This document shows positions 46,018 to 53,921 of a DNA stretch of 64,000 bases, one piece after another. Where the stretch lies: the NCBI GenBank assembly GCA_045863475.1, contig BTUR01000002.1, positions 410 through 64,409 of the forward strand, read 5' to 3'. Every line of letters starts with the position of its first letter. Positions within the stretch are counted from its first letter, which is position 1. The notes under the pieces are model-generated. The model was not told where the DNA came from. It searched no databases and saw only the letters and a program-made list of their open reading frames with translations. The DNA comes from Candidatus Campbellbacteria bacterium (GTDB taxonomy: Bacteria; Patescibacteriota; Minisyncoccia; Phycocordibacterales; EsbW-18). The position numbers and the translations under genes were made by a program.

Positions 46018-46133
46018 ATGTACCACGGCACCATGCGTCTGTGTAGTCCACGTTGTTCTCACGGTTCCGTGAGAGGGATTGAGGGCACTGGTGTGCCGTC
46101 AATCCGTAGACCAGGCTAGACGATGAGGCCGTG
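46018..46133 (-). ncRNA. Structured 5' leader of tRNA-Glu(CUC) with sense and imperfect antisense copies of the tRNA 5' end
   Basis: 46109-46130 identical to 45996-46017; two hairpins; promoter TTGATT-17-TATTCT just upstream. Confidence 0.7.
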
Positions 46134-46206
46134 CGGACAGAATACAAGAAAACGAAAGCCAAATCAATAAAAGGCGAGCGCAATTTGCGTGTTAAAATTC
46201 GATTAC

Positions 46207-46776
46207 ATGAAATCTAAGACTCGTTGCCCGTGGGTGCCGGAGGGAGACGCACTGTACGCGAAATATCACGACACCGAATGGGGTGTTCCCGTACGCACTG
46301 ACCGAAAACTCTTTGAGTTTCTCGTGCTTGAATCATTCCAGTCAGGGCTTTCCTGGCGCACTATCCTGCACAAACGGGAGAATTTCAGAAAAGCGTTTGC
46401 AGGTTTTGACCCGAAAAAAGTTGCTAAGTTTACCGCAAAGGATTTTAAACGCCTGATGCATGATGTGGGTATCGTGCGGAACCGTCTCAAAATAGCCGCG
46501 GCGATTGCAAACGCTAAAGCATTTTGTGCGGTGCAAAAAGAATTCGGCACATTCGCGAAGTATCAATGGTCATTTGTCGGCGGTACACCTATCAAACACT
46601 CATTAAAAACGCTCGCCGACTACCAGCCAACCATTCCCGAGGCACGTATCATGGCAAAAGACATGAAGAAGCGAGGATTCAAGTTTTTGGGTCCGACGAC
46701 ACTGTACGCACACATGCAAGCAGTCGGTATGGTCAACGATCACGTACGCAGCTGTTTTCGACGCGCAGAACGATAG
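46207..46776 (+). CDS. tag: DNA-3-methyladenine glycosylase I
   Basis: RCPW, YHDTEWG, LE.FQSGLSW, KFLGPTT, NDH. Confidence 0.96.
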   Translation: MKSKTRCPWVPEGDALYAKYHDTEWGVPVRTDRKLFEFLVLESFQSGLSWRTILHKRENFRKAFAGFDPKKVAKFTAKDFKRLMHDVGIVRNRLKIAAAIANAKAFCAVQKEFGTFAKYQWSFVGGTPIKHSLKTLADYQPTIPEARIMAKDMKKRGFKFLGPTTLYAHMQAVGMVNDHVRSCFRRAER

Positions 46777-46845
46777 TTTTCTGGTGAAAACGGGAGTATA
46801 GTTTCTGTAGCAAACAAACGTTCTTTGTCGCGGAAGGGGGGAGGT

Positions 46846-47196
46846 ATGAGAACAGCACTGCGACAGCACGGTCGGCGTCTCTTCGTCCGGTTCATGATGT
46901 GGTTCGCGAGTTGCAAGCCATGCCATGCCGATGACGGGGTTTCCTGGGAGTTTCACTGCTTCAATTTCTCAGGTGGTCCGCGCTTCTGCATCCTCCGCAA
47001 GGACGGTTTCATAGACGTCGGGTCCTGGTGGGCGATTCGAGTCCTGTTGAACAAGGACGGCGAGCTCGTCAACTGCCGGTTCTGGCGCAACGTCATGGAA
47101 CCCGGCGATGTGCGCACCACCGGCAAGAGGGCACAAGCGGCGTTTACCGCCTGGGTGGAATACCGGGATCCGTCTGCCGCAATCGGCTTGAGATGA
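46846..47196 (+). CDS. Orphan protein, 116 aa (cassette)
   Basis: TATAGT 46797, GTTCTTT, GGAGGT SD, terminator 47221-47264. Confidence 0.6.
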   Translation: MRTALRQHGRRLFVRFMMWFASCKPCHADDGVSWEFHCFNFSGGPRFCILRKDGFIDVGSWWAIRVLLNKDGELVNCRFWRNVMEPGDVRTTGKRAQAAFTAWVEYRDPSAAIGLR

Positions 47197-47334
47197 CAGC
47201 CCGCTCCGGGCCACGACTTTGCCGCCGCTATCGTTTTTACAACGATGACGGCGGCATTTCTTTTGTACCCTGTTGCTCCGCGGCATTTTTTGTTGTAGTA
47301 TCGTTTGCACCGCCCACGGGGCGACTTTTCTTTT

Positions 47335-47458
47335 ATGGATGCCGTTAGAGATATCATAGGTTCTCTAAACAAAATGCATAAAAATACTGAGTATAGAAAA
47401 TAAATTTACGAAATCGACATCACTACGGAAAACAAAGTTTTCCCATCTCTAACGGTAT
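47335..47458 (+). promoter_or_regulatory. typA leader: 22-codon uORF and alternative stems covering the start codon
   Basis: uORF 47335-47403; 47339-47352 pairs with 47445-47458. Confidence 0.5.
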
Positions 47459-49241
47459 GGAAGTACGAAATATAGCCATCATCGCGCACGTCGACCACGG
47501 AAAAACGACACTCACCGACGCCCTCTTACGTCAGTGCGGCGCCGTCGCCGAGGGTATTACCATGGACTCCAACACACTTGAACTTGAGCGTGGTATTACC
47601 ATTTACGCAAAAAATGCATCGGTGTCGTACCGTGGCACCAAAATCAATATTGTGGACACGCCCGGACACGCTGACTTCGGTTCAGAGGTGGAGCGCGTGC
47701 TTCGCTCGGTGGATTCCGTGCTGCTCGTTGTTGATGCGCAGGAAGGCCCCATGCCGCAAACTCGGTTTGTTTTGAAGAAGTCACTTGAGCTCGGCTTGCA
47801 CCCCATCGTCGTTATCAACAAAATCGATAAGCCGGCGGCAAATCCTGCACACGCGGAAGAGCTCGTGCTTGAGTTGTTTCTTGAACTCGGTGCAAACGAT
47901 GAACAGGCGAATTTTCCCGTGGTGTACGCAGTCGGCCGCGAGGGTATTGCCAAGAAAAAACTTGAAGACACTTCAACCGACCTCACACCGCTTCTTGACG
48001 TCATCCTTGAACACGTGCCGGCGGCAGGTGCGGGGGATGAGAATAAAACACTCCGTCTACAACCGTTTAACCTCGGCTATGACAACTTCCTCGGGCGTCT
48101 TGCCGTTGCGCGTGTCTATGAAGGCAGTGTGTCAGCGAACCAAAACGTGTTCATAAAAAAGGCAACCGGAGAAACGCGTGAGGGAAAAATCACCAAACTG
48201 TTTACATTCAAAGGACTTGAAAAGGTGGATTCTAAAGAAGCCGGTGCAGGTGACATTGTCATGATTGCCGGATTGCCGGATATTGATATTGGCGAGACGG
48301 TGACGACGGACGCATCCGTGGAGCCGTTGCCGGCGATTGCTGTTGATGAGCCGACCATCACGCTAAACTTTTTGGTGAACAACTCGCCGTTTACCGGACG
48401 CGAGGGAAAATTTGTGACCTCACGGCAGATTCGCGAGCGCCTGGAGCGCGAGCTTGAGGTGAACGTCGGATTACGCGTGGATTTCGATACATCTGAAAAC
48501 TTTGTCGTCTCGGGGCGCGGTGAACTGCACATCGCAATTTTGCTTGAAAACATGAGCCGCGAGGGGTATGAACTGCAGGTGTCACAGCCGCACGTCATCA
48601 CCCACGAAGAGAATGGAGTAAAAACGGAACCGTTTGAAGAAGTGGTTGTGGACACGCCGAACGAATTTCAAGGAGTCGTTATTGAACGCCTTGGTAAGCG
48701 CGGATTCGTCCTGCAAAACATGCGCATGCACGGAGAAACCGTCCGCCTCATTTTTGAAGGTCCGACGCGCGGTCTTTTGGGATACCGAAACCAATTCATT
48801 ATTGATACAAAAGGCGAGGGGATACTCTCCTCGCGCGTTGTCGGCTTCAAACCGTTTGCCGGCGAGATTGTGAAGCGTCCGACGGGTTCGATGATTTCCA
48901 TGGTCTCCGGCAAGACGCTCGGATATGCGCTCTGGAACTTGCAGGAGCGCGGCGTGCTGTACGTCGGTCCGGCGACTGAAGTGTATGAAGGCATGGTCAT
49001 CGGCAACACATCCAAGGGTGAGGAGATGCCAGTGAATCCGACGAAGGGAAAACAGCTGACCAACATGCGCGCATCTGGCTCTGATGAAGCGATTAACCTC
49101 GTGCCGCCGTTCACACTTTCCATTGAGCGCGGGCTGGAAGTCATGGCGGACGATGAGTATCTCGAAATCACACCGAAATCCGTTCGTCTGCGCAAACAAC
49201 ACCTCTCCGAGCTTGAACGAGCCCGCGCTCGCAGAAGTTAA
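47457..49241 (+). CDS. typA: Translational GTPase TypA/BipA
   Basis: [37 protein letters not shown]. Confidence 0.97.
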   Translation: MEVRNIAIIAHVDHGKTTLTDALLRQCGAVAEGITMDSNTLELERGITIYAKNASVSYRGTKINIVDTPGHADFGSEVERVLRSVDSVLLVVDAQEGPMPQTRFVLKKSLELGLHPIVVINKIDKPAANPAHAEELVLELFLELGANDEQANFPVVYAVGREGIAKKKLEDTSTDLTPLLDVILEHVPAAGAGDENKTLRLQPFNLGYDNFLGRLAVARVYEGSVSANQNVFIKKATGETREGKITKLFTFKGLEKVDSKEAGAGDIVMIAGLPDIDIGETVTTDASVEPLPAIAVDEPTITLNFLVNNSPFTGREGKFVTSRQIRERLERELEVNVGLRVDFDTSENFVVSGRGELHIAILLENMSREGYELQVSQPHVITHEENGVKTEPFEEVVVDTPNEFQGVVIERLGKRGFVLQNMRMHGETVRLIFEGPTRGLLGYRNQFIIDTKGEGILSSRVVGFKPFAGEIVKRPTGSMISMVSGKTLGYALWNLQERGVLYVGPATEVYEGMVIGNTSKGEEMPVNPTKGKQLTNMRASGSDEAINLVPPFTLSIERGLEVMADDEYLEITPKSVRLRKQHLSELERARARRS

Positions 49242-49350
49242 TACGCAGATTGCGGGTACTGGACAAATACAAAAATTCAGGTTATTATTGTCCGCAGAAA
49301 GAGGCATCGTGCCTCTTTTTCAGTTCTCTGACAACAAGGAGACAAAAGAG

Positions 49351-50430
49351 ATGAAGAGGGCATTCCGTCTGTTCGCAGTACTACTGCTTCTGCCGCTCTC
49401 AGCGTTCGCCCAGTCCCTGCTGGTCTGCGCCGCCGACACCCACATCGCCCGTAAGGGCGACTTCCTCAACGGTACGACCAGCGTCGTGGACCAGGGCGTC
49501 TGGGAGTGGGAGATCGATTCGGGCAACACCTACTCCAACATCCAGGGTGTTTCGGCTCACGGGATGCTGTACGCGACGAACTCGCTCAGCGATCCCATCT
49601 ACGCGTTGTCGGTGTTTTCCACCGCCAACCTGCTCGTCGGCCGCTACAACGCCAATCCGACGACGCGCCCGTACGCACAAGACGTGGACTTCCTCTGGGA
49701 CGTCTGCCTCTTCGATCCGGCCGCCTACGGGATGACCGTGGAGCTTTTCGAGGGCATGGAGGGGAACGATGGTTACTGCACGATGGCGACGGGTTACTAC
49801 GCTCGTCTCATCGGCCAGTTCCCGAACCCGTACGACAATGTCGACCGTCATCTGACGGCCGGGCGCGGTTCGCTTTCCGGCTGGGACCTCTCGGCGCACA
49901 TTCGCGCTTCGTGGCGTTCGGGATTCGTCTCGTACGCCCAGGGCATGGTGGAACGCATTCTGGAACGTCGTCCCGACTGGGAGCACGTGCTTCTCGGCGG
50001 ATACGACTACACGGAATCGTCCCACGGCGCACTCGCGCGTGTCATCGGCGAGATGCACGCGACGGGTGACGTCAACGAAGACGCATACCAGGAGAGCCTG
50101 GACCTCGTGGATCTGCTGCTTGCCGCACAGGCACCCGACGGGTCCTGGGGTCAGAGCGACTACCAGAGCACGGCGTACGTGCTTCTGGGGCTTCGCTCCG
50201 ACGAAGGGGGGTACACCGCCTCTGCTGCGCGTCGCACAGCAATCATCGCGGGTGAAAACTTCCTGCAGGACAGCGCGACCTCGTCGCCTTCGTGCGGCTG
50301 GAGTCATCCGCCGGAGTACGGCGAGATGAACAGCGAGGTCATCATGGCACTCTCACTCATCAACTCTCTGCCGTTCCTCGACGGCTTCGAGAGCGAGGAC
50401 ACTTCGGCCTGGACCGCCGCGGCGGAGTAA
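49351..50430 (+). CDS. Secreted protein with prenyltransferase/squalene-cyclase-like repeat and C-terminal F.DGFES.D.SAW motif (cassette)
   Basis: TGGACA-17-TATTAT, AAGGAG SD, signal peptide, Q..DGSW repeat, terminator 50452-50507. Confidence 0.85.
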   Translation: MKRAFRLFAVLLLLPLSAFAQSLLVCAADTHIARKGDFLNGTTSVVDQGVWEWEIDSGNTYSNIQGVSAHGMLYATNSLSDPIYALSVFSTANLLVGRYNANPTTRPYAQDVDFLWDVCLFDPAAYGMTVELFEGMEGNDGYCTMATGYYARLIGQFPNPYDNVDRHLTAGRGSLSGWDLSAHIRASWRSGFVSYAQGMVERILERRPDWEHVLLGGYDYTESSHGALARVIGEMHATGDVNEDAYQESLDLVDLLLAAQAPDGSWGQSDYQSTAYVLLGLRSDEGGYTASAARRTAIIAGENFLQDSATSSPSCGWSHPPEYGEMNSEVIMALSLINSLPFLDGFESEDTSAWTAAAE

Positions 50431-50536
50431 CTCCGTCTTCTTGGTCCTTCGCCCCGCCTCTGTATTCGTGTTTGCCACGAGTGCAGTGTGCGGGGTTTTT
50501 CTTTTTCAACACACAGCGTGGTGGTACAGTGATGTG

Positions 50537-50860
50537 GTGAAAAAAACAATCGGACCAACCTTTAGCGAGCGGGTTATCCGACTCGCGCAAAAAATTCCCC
50601 CAGGGCGCGTGACGACGTACGGGCGCATCGCGCGTGCAGCCGGCGGTGGCGGTATGGCGGCACAGAGTATTACGTCTATTTTAGCAAAAGCATCTGAGCA
50701 GGGAATTACAATTCCGTTTCACCGCATCGTGTACGCTGACGGCCGCATTTGGGTGAACGAAACGTACCGCGCAAAGCGCATGAAGGTATACAAACAAGAG
50801 GGAATAGAAATTGAAAACGATCGCATCAAGCATTTTTGGGACGTTTTGTACGAGTTTTAA
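50537..50860 (+). CDS. Alkyltransferase-like (ATL) MGMT-family protein
   Basis: IPPGRVTTYG.IA, PFHRIV (catalytic Cys absent), QEG. Confidence 0.85.
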   Translation: MKKTIGPTFSERVIRLAQKIPPGRVTTYGRIARAAGGGGMAAQSITSILAKASEQGITIPFHRIVYADGRIWVNETYRAKRMKVYKQEGIEIENDRIKHFWDVLYEF

Positions 50861-50867
50861 TATATCC

Positions 50868-51263
50868 ATGACACCGATATCGCGCGAAGATTTTGAGGCG
50901 ATGATGGAAGAAGCGTTTTTGCGCTTGCCTGAAAAATTTCGGATACTGACGAAAAATGTTGCATTGCTTGCGGAGGATGTTGTGCCGCCTGACGTTGTAC
51001 GCGATATGAAACTTGAATCAAACAGGGAATTACTCGGGCTCTATCATGGCGTGCCGAGAACCGACCGGCACAACGATGCAGGATTCTCGTTTCCCGACAC
51101 GGTAACGCTCTATAAACTGCCCCTGGAAGAATATGCCGCAGAGACGGGTAAAACCCTGGAAAACGTCATATACGAGACACTGTGGCACGAAATCGGCCAC
51201 CACTTCGGCCTAGAGGAGGAAGAGGTGCGCAAACGGGAGGAGGAGAGGTTTGGCACGGAGTAG
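50868..51263 (+). CDS. Zincin-like metallopeptidase (DUF1025-type)
   Basis: LLGLYHGVP, PD…LY, HEIGHHFG. Confidence 0.9.
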   Translation: MTPISREDFEAMMEEAFLRLPEKFRILTKNVALLAEDVVPPDVVRDMKLESNRELLGLYHGVPRTDRHNDAGFSFPDTVTLYKLPLEEYAAETGKTLENVIYETLWHEIGHHFGLEEEEVRKREEERFGTE

Positions 51264-51322
51264 GTTTCTCGCAGGTCCTTTTCCTGATACTCTCTTTTGG
51301 GGAGTTCTTGAGGAGGGTAAAT

Positions 51323-51544
51323 ATGCGGCGTCGTTGCCACAAGTGCAAAGTATGTATCGAAGCATGTTTTGGCTTCGTAAAGTCCGGGGATTTCCTCGAA
51401 GCATTGGAGGGAACGCGCGCGTGGGAGGATGTGCGCGAACTCTGCGGCAGGTGTGTCCTTGTGGTGTCGCTCAATCTCGATGGCACACCAAAACCCTACG
51501 AGGAGTTCTGTGCGCGCCTCGAAGAGATTTACGCTGCGGCGTAA
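51323..51544 (+). CDS. Orphan Cys-rich protein, 73 aa (cassette)
   Basis: GAGGAGG SD, CxxCxxC…CxxC, terminator 51549-51582; no clear own promoter. Confidence 0.55.
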   Translation: MRRRCHKCKVCIEACFGFVKSGDFLEALEGTRAWEDVRELCGRCVLVVSLNLDGTPKPYEEFCARLEEIYAAA

Positions 51545-51596
51545 CAACAAGCCCGTCCCGGCTATGCCGAGGACGGGCTCTCACATAACAGATGTT

Positions 51597-53348
51597 TTAA
51601 AGCGCTCGCGAAGAAATCTCGTCTGAGAGTTTGGCGATGATGTCAGCGATTGAGAGCACCTCTTTTTCGCCGGAGCGCGACTCTAGGGTGAGTTCGTTGC
51701 TCTCTACTTCTTTGTCGCCCAGTACGATTGCATACGGAGTTTTTTCAACTTTCCACGCACGAATCTTTTTGCCGATAGTTTCATTGGAATCATCAAGAAG
51801 CACGCGAATGCCGGACGCCTTAAGCGAGTCTACAACACTCTGTGCGTAGGAGAGGTGTTTGTCCGAGATGGGGAGTACGCGCACTTGCACGGGCGAGAGC
51901 CACAGCGGGAATGCACCTGCGGTGTGCTCGATCAAAATAGACATAAAGCGTTCAATGGAACCCATGATTGCGGCGTGAATCATCACGATGCGCTCTTTCT
52001 CTCCCTTTTCATTTATGCACGAGAGGTCAAAGTTCTCAGGCATGTTCATGTCCAGCTGAATTGTTGCGACCTGCCACTGTCGTCCCAGGGAATCTTTTGC
52101 CATGAAATCAAGCTTCGGACCGTAGAAAGCCGCTTCGCCAAGACCGTCAATTGCATCAACATTTTTCTCTTTTACGATTTCGCGGAGCATTCCCTCGGCC
52201 TTTGCCCAGCGTGCTTCGTCACCGAGATATTTGTCCGGGTGTGCGGGATCGTGGGTGGAGAGACGTACTTCCAAGTCAAAACCGAATGCGCCGTAGAATT
52301 CGTAAATGATGTCCCACACCTTGAGGAACTCATCCTTTGCCTGTTCAAGGCGGCAGAATACGTGCGCGTCGTCCTGGGTGAAACTGCGTGCGCGCGAAAG
52401 TCCGGAAAGCTCGCCGGACTGTTCATCGCGGTAGCACATTGTCGTGTTCGCGTAGCGCTGGGGCAATTCGCGGTAACTCCACTGGCGACGTGCGTAAATT
52501 TGCGTGTGGTGCGGGCAGTTCATCGGCTTCATCGCAAAGAGGTGACCTTCGCGCGTCGTGATTTTGAACAGCTCGTCCTGGAACTTCGCCCAGTGACCAC
52601 TCTTTTCATACAGGTCTTTTTTGGTGATGTGCGGAATCTCCACACGCTCATACCCGCGTGCTGATCGCAATTCCCACACGAAGCTGTCGAGCAAATCGCG
52701 CAACATGGTGCCTTTCGGCGTCCACAGTGGCAGTCCTGAGCCGACTAAGTCGGAGAAGACGAAGATGTCCATCTCGCGGCCGAGTTTTTTGTGGTCGCGC
52801 TTTTTTGCTTCTTCAATCTGCGTTTTGTACGCATCGAGGTCTTCTTTGGTGGAGAAAGCGAGGCCGTAGACACGGGTGAGCATCGTGTTTTTTTCATCAC
52901 CGCGCCAATATGCACCTGCAAGATGTGAGAGCTCGAATGCATCCGGGTCAATGTCTTTTGACGGGTGCTCCACGTGGCCACCGCGGCACAAGTCGGTGAA
53001 CTCCCCGCACGTATAGAGCGTGAGTTTCTCACCGCGGGCGACAATCTCTTCAATGAGCTCCTGTTTGTACGGGTTGCCTTCAAAGCGTGAGAGCGCTTCT
53101 TCTTTAGAAACCTCCTCGTGAGAAAACTCTTTCCATGACGGAAGAAGTTTTCTCATTCGTTTCTCTACGTCCTTGAGATCGTCGTCGGTAATCGGTGTGG
53201 GGAATTCAAAATCGTAGTAAAAACCGTTGTCTATCGCGGGACCCAAGGTGAGGAGGGCGTCGGGGCGCACTTCCAGTATCGCAGCGGCCATGAGGTGCGA
53301 GAGCGTGTGACGCATTGCGGAGAGGTCCTGAGGTGCTTTTTTGGTCAT
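51597..53348 (-). CDS. thrS: Threonyl-tRNA synthetase (no TGS domain)
   Basis: H…H, DLCRGGH, AYWRGD, KPMNCPHH, GEAAFYGPKLD, GSIERF. Confidence 0.97.
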   Translation of the reverse strand: MTKKAPQDLSAMRHTLSHLMAAAILEVRPDALLTLGPAIDNGFYYDFEFPTPITDDDLKDVEKRMRKLLPSWKEFSHEEVSKEEALSRFEGNPYKQELIEEIVARGEKLTLYTCGEFTDLCRGGHVEHPSKDIDPDAFELSHLAGAYWRGDEKNTMLTRVYGLAFSTKEDLDAYKTQIEEAKKRDHKKLGREMDIFVFSDLVGSGLPLWTPKGTMLRDLLDSFVWELRSARGYERVEIPHITKKDLYEKSGHWAKFQDELFKITTREGHLFAMKPMNCPHHTQIYARRQWSYRELPQRYANTTMCYRDEQSGELSGLSRARSFTQDDAHVFCRLEQAKDEFLKVWDIIYEFYGAFGFDLEVRLSTHDPAHPDKYLGDEARWAKAEGMLREIVKEKNVDAIDGLGEAAFYGPKLDFMAKDSLGRQWQVATIQLDMNMPENFDLSCINEKGEKERIVMIHAAIMGSIERFMSILIEHTAGAFPLWLSPVQVRVLPISDKHLSYAQSVVDSLKASGIRVLLDDSNETIGKKIRAWKVEKTPYAIVLGDKEVESNELTLESRSGEKEVLSIADIIAKLSDEISSRAL

Positions 53349-53430
53349 ACAATAAAAATTGCTCGTTCGTATCTTTGTAGTATATAGTTTCCGGCGGACT
53401 CTACAACTGCTCTTTTTAGAGGAGAAATCA

Positions 53431-53910
53431 GTGGCTCACACACACGACGCGATGCAAGAACGAGTCTTGACAGAAGCCCTCGCTCGCGGCTTTCCCGCAC
53501 GGCGCATCGAAACGGTGCGTCCAAACCGCGTCAAACTGTTGAGTAAGACGGATGTTTTTATCAACGGTCGGTTGTGCCATTTGCACCACCTCATTGGTTT
53601 CCGAAGAATGGACGAACGGTGCTACTCGATGCTGGGTGTCAGAAAATCATCACTCGCGTTATCGGCATTTACCTTCGTGCTGTGCAGAATGTGTGATGGC
53701 AGGGAACAGCTGTACATCATTCCCAGTCGGGTTCTCCTGAATGCTATGCGCGACAGCAAGGCTTTCAAGCGCTTTTACATTCCGCACCAGCCGAAGGACC
53801 GTTGGCGGATTGTGTTTCTCGGGAATCTCGACTGGTCCCTCTACGAAGACGCGTGGCACCTGCTCTCGCAGGAGTCCGTCGCTTCCAGCGCCTCAACCCG
53901 TACGGGTTGA
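53431..53910 (+). CDS. Orphan protein, 159 aa (cassette)
   Basis: TTGCTC…TATAGT, TGCTCTTT, AGAGGAG SD before GTG, terminator overlapping stop (53888-53922). Confidence 0.65.
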   Translation: MAHTHDAMQERVLTEALARGFPARRIETVRPNRVKLLSKTDVFINGRLCHLHHLIGFRRMDERCYSMLGVRKSSLALSAFTFVLCRMCDGREQLYIIPSRVLLNAMRDSKAFKRFYIPHQPKDRWRIVFLGNLDWSLYEDAWHLLSQESVASSASTRTG

Positions 53911-53921
53911 GGCGTTTTTCT

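Noticed and set aside
49084-49350. Upstream extension of the secreted-protein ORF
   Set aside because: It overlaps typA; promoter, SD and signal peptide support a start at 49351.
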